A stretch of 64,000 nt of DNA from Octopus sinensis (taxonomy: Eukaryota), in contig NC_043016.1 in NCBI RefSeq assembly GCF_006345805.1, positions 11,532,001-11,596,000 of the forward strand, in the 5' to 3' direction. The translations under genes were made by a program, and so were the position numbers. Positions 11,946 to 24,388 of this stretch are shown in pieces. Positions within the stretch are counted from its first letter, which is position 1. The number at the start of each line of letters is the position of its first letter. The notes under the pieces were generated by a model that made no database searches, was not told the DNA's origin, and was given only the letters and a program-made list of their open reading frames with translations.

Positions 11946-12611
11946 AAAGATTTGTAACAAGAAGAGCATCCGTCCATATATCAATCCATACATACATACG
12001 TGTGTGTGTGTGTGTGAACTTTTAAAAAATCGTTGTTTGTTCAATCATTGTCTGCAGAAAGATCAGGAACAATTATTCACACATTTATTCTTAACATGTC
12101 CAGGTGGATTCAGATGCAAAATATGCTGGTCACTGTTGTATGTGTCACAGGAGAATAATTTCCTAATTTTACAATATGACAGTGGGGTCCATATTCTTGT
12201 CTCATTGGCACACAGCATTCTGGGACTCTGGTGTTTAGTCATATTGTATCTTGTCAGCCAGAAGCTGCTAGAACGTTGGGACTAACCAAAGTGGCTGGTT
12301 TTCTTTGTTATCCATAAACAAAATGTTTGCTGATCTGTGCTTATATTTGCCAACCGATAAAAAAAAAAAAAATTGTTTGCACCATCTACAGTGATACTCT
12401 ATTTGTGGGTTAACAATGCTACTAGTGGTTTCATGTGGAAATAATTTCCACAATCTTCATGTAATCTAATATTAAGTATTCTCATCTGTAGTAGAGGCAA
12501 TTAGCAGCATTTTCAAGTGGCTAATCCACAAATAAAGGTTCTTTATTCACTAAATGTAGTGTTGAGCACTCACTCTTACTGTTCAATAACCAACATGTGT
12601 GTGTGTGTGTG

Positions 12612-12810
12612 TCATCATCTAACATCTGTTTTCCATGCTGGCATGGGTTGGATGGTTTGACTGAAAACTGGTAAGCCGGGGAGCTGTACCAGGTTCCAGT
12701 CTGATTTGACATGGTTTCTACAGCTGGATGCCCTTCCTAATGCCAACCACCTCATAGTGTGCTGGGTGCTTTTTACATGACACTGCACTGGTGTTTTTAT
12801 GTGGCACCAT
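12612..12810 (-). mobile_element. RTE LINE 3' end (family C)
   Basis: CATCATCTAACATCTG..CAGCTGGATGCCCTTCCTAATGCCAACC; between (GT)n and (TA)n. Confidence 0.85.
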
Positions 12811-13261
12811 ATTTATATGTATATATGTGTGTATGTATATATATGTATGTATATATAAAAAGTTACTAGGATACGAATTAGGTATTTAAAGTTATAAACT
12901 TGGTAGTAACTTAACTATTCAATCTCTGACCGAATTTGGCACTATGAATTTCTTCTTTAAGAAGTTCTAATTAGTAATTCTTACCTGTATTCACCTAATG
13001 AAAACGTTCATTAAATTTTTTTATTGTTTGATTATGTAACACTTCTGTTCATCAATAAAAAAAAAACATACTTGAAAGAGGTGTAGGGAACCACAAACCA
13101 TCTTTACTGTTTATATATGTGTGCGTGGGTGTATGTATATATAAGTGTATATATGTATGTATATATGTGTATATATGTATATATGTATCTATGTGTATAT
13201 ATGTGAGTATGTTTGTATATATGTGAGTGTGTGTGTGTGCATGTATGTATATATAAAACCA

Positions 13262-13560
13262 TACTGGCATGGGTTAGATGGTTTGACAAGAACTGGTACG
13301 TCAGAGAGCTGCACCAGGTTCCATCCACTTTGATTTGGTTTGGTTTTTACTGCTGGATGCCCTTCCTAACACCAACCACACCATGTCTGTAGTGGGTGCC
13401 TTTTACGTATCACCAACACTGTTCTTGATTACAATTTCACACACCTTGAAATGTCTTCTCAAGCCACAGCAAATCACCAAAGGTCTCCATCACTTATCAT
13501 TGCCTCCATGAGACTCAGCATCGTAGATCATGTTTCACAACCTTGTCCTCATGCTTCAAC
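13262..13560 (-). mobile_element. RTE LINE 3' UTR contiguous with the last coding codons
   Basis: 13428-13560 minus strand is a frameshifted fragment (VVKHDLR..EAM..D.DLW.FAVA*EDI) of the RTE C-terminal type, directly upstream of the family C UTR; ties family C to RTE. Confidence 0.75.
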
Positions 13561-13562
13561 AC

Positions 13563-13601
<39 letters not shown>

Positions 13602-14076
13602 TATATTGAATGTATGTATGTATGTATGTATATGGTTGCTATTATGCCGAAGGTCCATAGCTCCAACTGTTTTTTCAGAAAATGAAAAACTAGTTTTCAC
13701 CATTCCATAGCAAACTTTGTACTACACTTTGACAATTTTTGATATCTTGGCATCTGAAGTAGCTGGAGATACGATAGTTTGACCAAAAGAACTGGCTTAT
13801 CGCAATCAAAAGTATACATTGAAAAAAACTAATAATAATTGGCCAAATTTGGACATACAACAGTTTAACATAATAACAATGTGTGTGTGTAACTACTTCA
13901 GCCATATAACCACACATGTGCTTTTCTAGAACTTTCTTCCTTCTCTCCAGAATTTCCCTCTCTCCTCTTTCTGACAAAGAACCATGCTCAAAACGTTATA
14001 CACCCACTGTTTTATCCATCTTATACTGAGTATCAGTTTAATACATTCTATGTTTGTCCTTTTGACTTTAGTTACT

Positions 14077-14488
14077 CTCTTTTACTCTTTTACTTGTTTC
14101 AGTCATTTGACTGTGGCCATGCTGGAGCACCGCCTTTAATCGAGCAACTCGACCCTGGGACTTATTCTTTTGTAAGTCCAGTACTTATTCTATCGGTCTC
14201 TTTTGCCGAACCGCTAAGTAATGGGGACATAAACGCACCAGCATCGGTTGTCAAGCAATGCTAGGGGGACAAACACAGACACACAAACACACACACACAC
14301 GCGCATATATATATATACATATATACGACGGGCTTCTTTCAGTTTCCGTGTAACAAATCCACTCACAAAGCTTTGGTCAGCCCGAGGCTATAGTAGAAGA
14401 CACTTGCCCAAGGTGCCACGCAGTGAGACTGAACCTGAAACCATGTGGTTGGTAAACAAGCTACTTACCACACAGCCACTCCTGCGCC
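14077..14488 (-). mobile_element. SINE family A, young full-length copy
   Basis: Complete head to tail, CpGs retained. Confidence 0.92.
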
Positions 14489-14535
14489 TATGTTGTTTTT
14501 TTTGTTATTTTTAACTTTTGTATATGCATATAGAG

Positions 14536-14940
14536 GTGTGGCTGTGAGGTCAGAAGCTTGTTTCCCAACCACATGGTCCTGGGCTCAGACCCACTGCATG
14601 GCACCTTGGGCAAGTGTCTTCTGCTATAGCCCTGGGTCAACCAAAGCCTTGTGAGAGGATTTGGCAGATGGAAATTGAAAGAAGTCCATCGTTTATATAT
14701 GTATGTATGTATGCGTATATCTATGTGCGTGTGTCTGTATTTGTGCCCCCTACCACATGATAACCAAATTTGGTTTGTTTACATCCCCATAACTTAACAG
14801 TTTGGCAAAAGAGACCGACAAAATAAGTACTAGGCTTAAAAAATAAGTCTTGGAGTCAATTTGTTCAACTAAAACCTTTCAAGATGGTGCTCCAGCATGG
14901 CTCCAGTCAAATGACTGAAACAAGTAAAAGAAGAAAAGAA
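14536..14940 (+). mobile_element. SINE family A, older copy head-to-head with 14077-14488
   Basis: GGTGTGGCTGTGAGG..GACTGAAACAAGTAAAAG. Confidence 0.88.
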
Positions 14941-14944
14941 TATA

Positions 14945-15240
14945 TGTTTATGCATACATACATACACAGATACATACACACATACATACACGCACATAAA
15001 TACACACATGCATTCATACACATATACATGCACACATGTATACAAAGACACACATACATAGGTGTGTGTATATATATATACACACATATATAGGTATATA
15101 TATATATATAATATATATATATATATATACATACACATACATAGACACACACACACATACATACATGCTTGTAAATACACACACACATATATATACACAT
15201 ACATACATACATACACACACAGACATATACATGCATATAT
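14945..15240. repeat. Compound (CA/TA/CATA)n microsatellite
   Basis: Directly visible; similar tracts at 12810-12860, 13110-13260, 20040-20310 and 42550-42860. Confidence 0.95.
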
Positions 15241-15871
15241 TAGATGAATGCTTTGCTTAATGCCACAGAACAATTAGATTATCCATAACGGTAGCCTGAA
15301 ATCTGCTTGGTATGATACCAGTGTCACTTAAAAGAGGGAAATGTGTTGGGACCTATTTCAAACTTTAATTGGTTCATTACAGATATCTTAGTGTAATCTA
15401 AGCAAACAGAATTAATTTAGATCAATGTTCTATTAAAATAAAAAATAAAAAGCATTTTTACTATAAACACCCATAAAATAATAATGCCCTTTGTTAATGT
15501 TGCCAAATTGGGTGATTCTACGGTATTTTGTTTATTCTACATAATTAGCCCACCATCGCAGATAAACTAATTAACAGCGTTAAACAAAAACATGCGATGT
15601 GTGACCTCGATGCATGAATTATATGCATTATATGGGTGTAGGGTGCACGCGTGCACTTGCGTATGTGTGTAATAGAATAAGGAGGTTATAAATGTTAAGG
15701 AGTGGTCAGGAATGCAGTTCTTGACTTTAGGAAAATAATGTCTTATTTCAGGTGTAAATTTAATTAATAAAAAATAAATGTCTCTTGATTCACAAAATTA
15801 TGTATGGCTCCTGCTCTCTTGCAGATAATAAGACTTCTTGATATATAAATGACAAAGCTGAAATGGCTAGT

Positions 15872-15960
15872 ACAGGGATGGGCGACTCTTCGTCAGTTGG
15901 GGGCCACATCATACCATTTCTAAGTGGAAGGGGCCGCATGATAAAACACATGCATGAAAT
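15872..15960 (+). mobile_element. Possible hAT-type non-autonomous element end
   Basis: CAGGGATGGGCGACTC..GGGGGCCACAT..GGGGCCGCA resembles CAGGG-starting hAT MITE termini; second end not found. Confidence 0.3.
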
Positions 15961-17224
15961 ATGACTTGCTGACTGAATTTTTCATGGTTCATGATTTCTT
16001 TTGTCTTAGTATGAAAGTTTACATTAAGCTGGAGTCTCTTTTATTATTTCCTGATGATGATGATAGTGATTACTATTGTAAATAAATTATAGTTTAACAT
16101 TTTGAGGTATAAAAAAAAAAAAAGAAAAAGTTCATCCATATTTTATTAAAGAACAGACTTCATTGTCTGTCTCAATGAGATTTTTTGCACATTCACCTTC
16201 TTTACCATATTTTCAATGTTAGATAGAATTTGAGATGCTGCTACTTTTAGGTTATGCTGCAAATTAGTAACCTAGAAACTCATCAAGGGCCACACAACAA
16301 CATATTGCCATCCAAAAATTTGGATCTGGAGATCTCCATTTCCAGCGACTTCAAGGGCCACCTCCCAGTGGTGTCAGGCATCAACGAAGAGCCCTCAACT
16401 ACAAGACAACTAAAGTTTTTTTTTCCCCAAGGTCTGGGGTCTCCTGCCCCTAAGTTCTAGACCATCACCTAATCACTCTTACCTGTCTTGTTGCTTAACA
16501 ACAACAACAACATATTGAGGGTTGCAGGTTGCCCACACCTGGGCTGGAACAAGCTTTAAAATATCTGGCTATCAACTATTTCACCTGCTTTCTTCTGGGT
16601 ACGTGCAGGATTACAAAGAAAGTGCTTCAAAGTCACTGTGATGGTGTATACATGAGGCTTTTCTTGTCAAAACATCTTGTGGCATGAGCAGAAAAACAAA
16701 GAGAAGATTTATGGACACATCCTACCCATCTTGACTATTACTTTTCAGTGTAGAGTAGATTCACTGGCAACTGCCTTTGTGTTGAACAGCAGGCCATACC
16801 TGTTGTTATCAAATGGAAGTTCATTCATTCATATTAGTGTTGGGTGCAACACATAACATAAGATTGGGAATCTACCAAGGCCAATACTGGACAGAGCTTT
16901 CTGGTGATTACTTAAAGAGGAACATGTGTGTGTGTGTTTGTGTATTTGTATTTGTGAGTGCATATATGTTTGTGTACATATATGTATGTTTGTATATGTG
17001 TGTGTATATATGTGTTTGTGTGTGGAAGACAGAGATAGAGGGAGAAGTTGCATAGCCTAGTGGTTAGGGTGTTGCACTCTTGATTGCGAGATTATGGTTC
17101 TTACCACACAGTCACACCTGTGTGTGTGTGTGTGTGTTAGAAATGATAGTATTTTGCATGTTCTGTCATTTATATAACTTTCATTACTGAATAATTTTGT
17201 TGTTTAAAATATAACTGGAACTTT

Positions 17225-17270
17225 GCTGTGAGTGGATTTGGTAGACGGAAACTGAAAGAAGCCCATCATA

Positions 17271-17301
<31 letters not shown>

Positions 17302-17510
17302 TTGTGTCTGTTTGCCCCCCCCCCCCAACATTGCTTGACAACCGATGCTGGTGTGTTTACGTCCCCGTAACTTAGTGATTCAACAAAAGAGACCGATAGA
17401 ATAACTACTAGGCTTACAAAGAATAAGTCCTAGGGTCGATTTGCTCAACTACAGGCGGTGCTCCAGCATGGCAGCAGTCAAACGACCGAAACAAGTAAAA
17501 GAGCAAAGAG
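17225..17510 (+). mobile_element. SINE family A, 5' truncated
   Basis: Starts at GTGAGTGGATTTGGTAGACGG, intact tail. Confidence 0.88.
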
Positions 17511-17919
17511 TATGTACAAATAAAAATGACTTATTTATTTTCAAATTTAATTTAGTGTTTAAATATTGTTTTAATTTGTCATTAATACTAATTATTGACA
17601 AATTAATAAATAACAGACCAGCAAAAGTTCTGTTCTTTAAAGGAAATGAATTAGAAAGTAAAATAAATTATTAGTTTTTGTTTTGTTTTGTTTCTTATTG
17701 TTGTCATCTTTTGTTTGTTTATTTGGCTTTTTATTTCTATGAATTTTCTGCTTCATTCTGATACAAAGACATCTGTCAGAATTGTAGATGTATACCAGAA
17801 TGTTTGCCTCAGTAATTAATCACTTCTTGTGGTGCAAGAAACAAAACCTCCAGGACAAGTTTACAATGCTTAGAATTCCAGAACAGGGGCACAGTTTTGT
17901 CATTAAAATGTTTGTTTTC

Positions 17920-18578
17920 CTAACCGCATAATTCAACGTTCAGTCCCACCTCATGGCACCTTGGGCAAGTGTCTTCCACTGTATCCTTGGGCCAACCAAA
18001 GACTTGTGAGTGGTTTTGGTAGACAGAAACTAAAAGAAACCTGTAGTGTGTGTGTGTGTTGTGCTGTGTTGTATGTGTGTTTGAGAGTCTGTGTGAGTGT
18101 GTGTGAATATTTACATCTCCTTCTCTTGACGCTGTGTGATGGCTGTAAATGAGTGTCACTGTCACACAAGCAGTGTCGTTCATTTCCAATATTCTGCAAG
18201 AACATGTCAGGCCATAGAGAAATTATTACTTCACTCGAAAACAGGTAAAGGTTGGTGACAGGAAGGGCATCCATCTGTAGAAAATCTGTAGTTGTGATAT
18301 CTGTGCCGGTGGCACGTAAAAAGCACCATCCGAACATAGCCTGCGCCAGCGCCGCCTCGACTGGCTTCCGTGCCAGTGGAACATATAAAGCACCAACCAA
18401 TCGTGGTACGTAAATAGCACCCACTACACTCACGGAGTGGTTGGCGTTAGGAAGGGCATCCAGCTGTAGAAACACTGCCAGATCAGACTGGAGCCTGGTG
18501 CGCCTCCTGGCTTCCCAAACCCCAGTCGAACCATCCAACCCATGCTAGCATGGAAAACGGATGTTAAACGATGATGAT
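17920..18578 (+). mobile_element. SINE (A head, RTE-like tail; 17920-18290) followed by a family C RTE 3' end (18300-18578)
   Basis: CACCTTGGGCAAGTGTCTT head and GGTGACAGGAAGGGCATCC tail; then GGCACGTAAAAAGCACC units and (GAT)n. Confidence 0.8.
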
Positions 18579-18907
18579 TATCACCAACTTTCTGCCTGTT
18601 CTTCTCATTCACTTCTCAATTTTCCTCTACTTTGCTGTTTTACAAAAGCCATAAAGGCCACAAATTTCTACTTCTTTCATCTGAAATACAAGATTTTTGT
18701 ACCTTGTCAATTACGAGGGAGGCAGCATTTATTTAGTTTTTTTGTGACGGCTTGTACAGCAAGAAATGAGTTTCCAAGTTCAGTGCCCTTCTAAAAGATA
18801 TACACAACCTCTTTTCCTACATATATTAAATTCATAGAAATATGTTTATATTGTAGTATGTCCAGCAAGTAATTGATGAAAAAGACTTTACTGAAATTCC
18901 ACATATA

Positions 18908-19282
18908 GGCGCAGGAGTGACTGTGTGGTAAGTAGCTTGCTTACCAACCACATGGTTCTGGGTTTAGTCCCACTGCATGGCACCTTGGGCAAGTGTCTTC
19001 TACTATAGCCTCAGGCCGACCAAAGCCTTGTGAATGGATTTGGTAGACGGAAATTGAAAGAAGGTCATTGTATATATGTATGTGTGTCTTTGTTTTTTCC
19101 CCCAACATCGCTTGACAACCAATGCTGGTGTGTTTACATCCCCATAACTTAGCGGTTCAGCAAAAGAGACCGATAGAATAAGTACTAGGCTTACAAAGAA
19201 TAAGTCCTGAGGTTGATTTGCTCGACTAAAGGCGGTGCTCCAGCATGGCCACAGTCAAATGACTGAAACAAATAAAAGAATA
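18908..19282 (+). mobile_element. SINE family A
   Basis: Full head to tail. Confidence 0.9.
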
Positions 19283-19895
19283 ATAAAATGAATATACTTA
19301 TACTCATGTTTTGAGTTCTGTTTTTCCTGTTCATATTGCCACCCCTCTATATATATAGAGAGAGAGATAGATAGATAGATAGATAGGTATTGATTTTATT
19401 TTTTTTCCTTTTGGTTGTTGTTGCTTATTTTTATTAACAACCCAAAACACTCATGGTAATTCCTTTTACAAAATTGTTGGCATAAGTTTCCAGAATCTAA
19501 TTATAGAATACAGTTGTCAAAAACCCTTTATGAGGTTTTATGTCGGGTGTTAAGTGACAAGACATGAAGTGCCACCAAATATTCGGTTACATGCAATTTT
19601 ACATTCAGCATTCAGATCTCACTCCTCAAAGTTGGCTTTCCCTTTCCCTACTATCCATCTGGATTTGATAAATATATGTACCAGTCAAATATTGGGGTCA
19701 TTTCCAGCCTAGTGCTAATGTTATGAATCATTAAAATATGCTGAAGATAAAATATGATGTTATATCTGATTTCTTATGCCCGTAACTGGTAAAGATATAC
19801 AGTTCTTTAAATGTTTAAACGTACATGTGAATTTTGTTGGTTAGCGCTTTTGGGCACGGATCATACTGACCTATATAGATTTCGGTGCTACTTAC

Positions 19896-19963
19896 AGCAG
19901 CATGTTTGGTTAGTGAACAGGATTGGCAGCAACATCTCTAACAGGCAATGGTTTCTTCGTATT
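19896..19963 (-). other. Candidate minus-strand exon (unverified)
   Basis: TTATTTCTTCAACAAG acceptor and GCT|GTAAGT donor around unique sequence; one open frame IRRNHCLLEMLLPILFTNQTCC. Confidence 0.25.
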
Positions 19964-20188
19964 CTTGTTGAAGAAATAATGTTTTTAAACAATATACATA
20001 CATCCCTGTATGCACACACACTCACACTTATAAATATATACACATAAATATACATACATACACATAGGCACGCATAAATATATATACATATATATATGTA
20101 TATATATATATATGGTGTGTGTTGCTTTCAATTAATTTAAATATAACATATTTATGTTATATATACACACACACACATATATATATAC

Positions 20189-20231
<43 letters not shown>

Positions 20232-20540
20232 TATATATATACATACATACATATACATGTGTCTACATATATAAACAAACACACACACATGCACATATAT
20301 ATATACATACACGGATAGATAGACCAGCTTCAATTAAGCAAAAGATTCAAAGGTTTTCACAGAATCTTTTAGAAATATGATACTTGCAGATGTTAAGAAA
20401 CATCAGAAAATAACTAAATGGGTTCATAATTCATTCGATCAAAATTCTTCAAGACATGGCCACAGTCTAACGACTGAAACAAGTGAAAGAAAAATGTAAA
20501 TAAATACATAAATAAACTAGGAGGTTCGTTTCATAAGCAT

Positions 20541-22287
20541 TTAACCCTTTCGTTACCAACCTGGCTGAAACCACTTCTGGCTCTGTTGTACAAATGCCTT
20601 GTTTTCATAAATTTTGAATTAAAATCTTCCACCAAACCTTAGTCACAATTTATGTTCCTAACACTAGCTTAATGATAACTAATTTATTTTACTAAATTCT
20701 TTGTTATATTGAAAATTAATTGAAAGAAACACAGAGCATCTCAGCAGAAATATGGTGACAAAAGGGTTAAAATATATAATAGAGAAACAATTCTTAACCC
20801 TTTCGTTACCAACCTGGCTGAAACTGGCTCTGACTCTGTAGTACAAATGTCTTGTTTCCATAAGTTTTGAATTAAAATCTTCCACCAAATCTTAGTCACA
20901 ATTTATGTTCCTAACACTAGCTAATGATAACTAATTTATTTTACTAAATTCTTTGTTATATTGAAAATTAATTGAAAGAAACACAGAGCATCTCAGCAGA
21001 AATATGGTGACAAAAGGGTTAAAATATATAATAGAGAAACAATTCTTAACCCTTTCGTTACCAACCTGGCTGAAACTGGCTCTGACTCTGTAGTACAAAT
21101 GTCTTGTTTCCATAAGTTTTGAATTAAAATCTTCCACCAAATCTTAGTCACAATTTATGTTCCTAACACTAGCTTAATGATAACTAATTTATTTTACTAA
21201 ATTCTTTGTTATATTGAAAATTAATTGAAAGAAACACAGAGCATCTCAGCAGAAATATGGTGACAAAAGGGTTAAAATATATAATAGAGAAACAATTCTT
21301 AACCCTTTCGTTACCAACCTGGCTGAAACTGGCTCTGACTCTGTAGTACAAATGTCTTGTTTCCATAAGTTTTGAATTAAAATCTTCCACCAAACCTTAG
21401 TCACAATTTATGTTCCTAATATTAGCTTAATGATAACTAAGTTATTTTACTAAATTCTTTGTTATATTGAAAATTAATTGAAAGAAACACAGAGCATCTC
21501 AACAGGAATATGGTAACAAAAGGGTTAAAATATATAATAGAGAAACAATTCTTAACCCTTTCGTTACCAACCTGGCTGAAACTGGCTCTGACTCTGTAGT
21601 ACAAATGTTTTGTTTTCATAAGTTTTGAATTAAAATCTTCCACCAAACCTTAGTCACAATTTATGTTCCTAATATTAGCTTAATGATAACTAAGTTGTTT
21701 TACTAAATTCTTTGTTATATTTAAAATTAATTGAAAGAAACACAGAGCATCTTAGCAGAAATATGGTGACAAAAGGGTTAAAATATATAATAGAGAAACA
21801 ATTCTTAACCCTTTCGTTACCAACCTGGCTGAAACTGGCTCTGACTCTGTAGTACAAATGTCTTGTTTCCATAAGTTTTGAATTAAAATCTTCCACCAAA
21901 CCTTAGTCACAATTTATGTTCCTAATATTAGCTTAATGATAACTAAGTTATTTTACTAAATTCTTTGTTATATTTAAAATTAATTGAAAGAAACACAGAG
22001 CATCTCAACAGGAATATGGTAACAAAAGGGTTAAAATATATAATAGAGAAACAATTCTTAACCCTTTCGTTACCAACCTGGCTGAAACTGGCTCTGACTC
22101 TGTAGTACAAATGTTTTGTTTTCATAAGTTTTGAATTAAAATCTTCCACCAAACCTTAGTCATAATTTATGTTCCTAACACTAGCTTAATGATAACTAAG
22201 TTATTTTACTAAATTCTTTGTTATATTTAAAAGTAATTGAAAGCAACACAGAGCATCTCAATAGAAATACAGTAACAAAAGGGTTAA
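20541..22287. repeat. Tandem array of seven complete piggyBac-type TTAA MITEs (family 1), period 252-253 bp
   Basis: Units start at 20541, 20794, 21046, 21299, 21552, 21805, 22058; each runs TTAACCCTTTCGTTACC...GGT(A/G)ACAAAAGGGTTAA, separated by the identical spacer AATATATAATAGAGAAACAATTC. Confidence 0.95.
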
Positions 22288-22892
22288 GTTGAAATTGTTT
22301 GTGATTTCTCTTGTTGGTAGAAGGACAAATTTGCAGGAAAGGGAATTCAACAGCATTGAACCAAGTCAGTATCTTAGATCAAGATCAATAGGATTTAAAC
22401 TAAGGAATGAATGTAAAGGAACAATATTAAGCAGTTGAGAAAACATTTGGTCCAGTTCTACCATTTTTGGATATTCTAGTGTCAAGATTGATATTTCAAA
22501 AGGAACTTGCCAAGCCTTTTTTTTCTTTTTTGAAAATTTTTTTTATCATAAGTGTGTCGCCTTTCCCCCCTGCCCCCCCCCCCGACTTGGATCTTCATAA
22601 CTTTATGAAGAATGGAAAGTTATCCAAAATTCCTTATATACAAAAACATACACCTATACACACACACATAAAGGTTTCGTTACAAATTCTGATGTAATTT
22701 GTAATCTGCACTATCTAAAAACTATTTGTAGAAAATGTCATTAAAAGAATCTATTTTTTCAGAAAGTTATGAAGAAACAAAATTGGTTGTGAGAGAAAAA
22801 CATTTGTGGGTTAACCTGCAGTTTACCGTTGTGAAAAAATGAAAGTAAATTGTCCTAAAAAAAATAAAGATAGCCACTAAATTGTGATAGAA

Positions 22893-22916
22893 ACCGGAAG
22901 TGGTGAGACTATAAAA
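22893..22916 (+). promoter_or_regulatory. ETS/GABP-type motif next to a TATA-like box
   Basis: ACCGGAAGTG at 22893-22902 and TATAAAA at 22910-22916, at the edge of a CpG-rich region. Confidence 0.35.
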
Positions 22917-23022
22917 GGACTATGGATGCTCGCCAAAAAGAAATTTCGACGACAGTGTGGGACTACTGTTGATTTATTTACATCTTCGTGAGCATGTGTG
23001 ATGAAACAAATTTAGTGAAGTA

Positions 23023-23075
23023 CAATAATTCCTCGACTATCGCGGGTGTTACATTCCAAAAACCCCTGCGATATT
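23023..23075 (+). mobile_element. Tigger/pogo-like 5' terminus
   Basis: TA|CAATAATTCCTCGACTATCGCGGGTGTTACATTCCAAAAACCCCTGCG resembles Tigger-type ends; no partner end seen. Confidence 0.45.
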
Positions 23076-23077
23076 CT

Positions 23078-23357
23078 GTTATTTATATAATCTGTATATG
23101 TTCTGTTGTGTCTGGGGAGAGTCATTTTCTTTTTGTGCCTTATAATTCAACACACCCACCGGTAAAATTTGAAAAGGTTGCAAGACGCAACGAAAATTTT
23201 AGGAAAATAAAAATAAGAAATAAGTGGAAATTTTACAGGTGAGTGTGTTGAATTATAAGGCACAAAAAGAAAACGACTCTCCCCAGACACAACAGAATAT
23301 GCTTCAACACACGAAGTCATATAAAGAATCTTGCAAACCAAATCCAAAAACGAAATA
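23078..23357. mobile_element. MITE-like element with an approximately 70-bp inverted repeat
   Basis: Arms about 23097-23170 and 23228-23300 are reverse complements; related copy at 11748. Confidence 0.75.
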
Positions 23358-23755
23358 TCTTTATATATATAAAAGTAAGGTTGTGTGCTGTCTGTCTCCT
23401 ACGATTTAGATTCCTAACTACTCCCACATTTTGCGGTGCAGTTTAACCAAAACCGGGTATCTTATAGTCATGATTCATATCGAGCCCTTCTGGGTATTAG
23501 CGCGCGTCTACGATGAGTCTACGATTTTTAAAAAAATTTACCATAATTTTTTTCTATTTTAATGCATTTTTTCGCTATTATATAAGGGAAGTAACTCTCT
23601 AAAAATGTCTGAGTCAACAATTATTAAAAAAATTAACCATAATTTTTTTCCCATTTTTAATGCATTTTTTTGCTATCTTTTGGCTATAACTCTCTAAAAA
23701 TGCTTATGTAGTTATTTCCCTTACAAACCCGAGCAACGCCGAGCGATACTGCTAG
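23358..23755 (+). mobile_element. Non-autonomous Helitron
   Basis: A|TC start, TATATATAAAAG..CTGTCTGTCT 5' end, subterminal CCCGAGCAACGCCGAG hairpin-like motif, CTAG|T end; second copy at 58585. Confidence 0.85.
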
Positions 23756-23789
23756 TTGTATATATTTATTTTATTATAAATGCAACACC

Positions 23790-23803
23790 ATGGAGGAATC
23801 GAC
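23790..23803 (+). other. Candidate ATG-containing short exon end (unverified)
   Basis: CACCATGG Kozak context followed by a GAC|GTAAGC donor; in the CpG-rich region. Confidence 0.2.
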
Positions 23804-24388
23804 GTAAGCTTAAACGATGAACCGCGAAATGGCGAAGGGATTACTGTATCCACGAATCTAATTTCGTGCATCTATGACACTTAGGTTTTCTCTCACACGC
23901 GATTGTGTTCATCTTGTATAAAATATACGGTTTTCGTGTTCTATTAAAATCCATGTACGTTCTTGCATGTTGCTTTTTTGTCACATACATTAGTTTACGT
24001 GAATTGATAGGATGTCACTGTCACCACTTCTGGTTTTCTGCTGTAATTTATTTTCACACTTTCATAAACTGTAAACTGCATGTTAACCAACTTGTAGTCG
24101 TGCCGAGTTTTAATGGCAAAATTTAAGGCTTTCTGTGAAGCATGCAGAAAGAATTATTAAGGCATCTTGTAGTAACAGGAACTCTGAACCATAATGTTTG
24201 GGGGAAGAAATGTGGATCTGAATTAAATCAGTTCGTTTGGTTATAAGCAAATATTATATAGAAAATGCAATACACATCAAGAGGACAATGAAATTCTCGA
24301 GTGTTTTCGCTTCTGATCATATCTTCAGATCATATCTTCAGATCTCAAGTTATGTCGACCGAAGATGAGTATTGTAAGGTATATGGAG

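Noticed and set aside
16250-16560. Possible Penelope or other LINE tail (..VFFPKVWGLL..)
   Set aside because: Similarity too weak to support without a search.
20679-22152. Six repeated 69-aa ORFs (MVEDFNSKLM...)
   Set aside because: Chance frames in AT-rich MITE units; no domain, and they cross TIR/spacer junctions.
24301-24360. Hammerhead around the duplicated GATCATATCTTCA
   Set aside because: A 14-bp local duplication; stems I and II do not pair.
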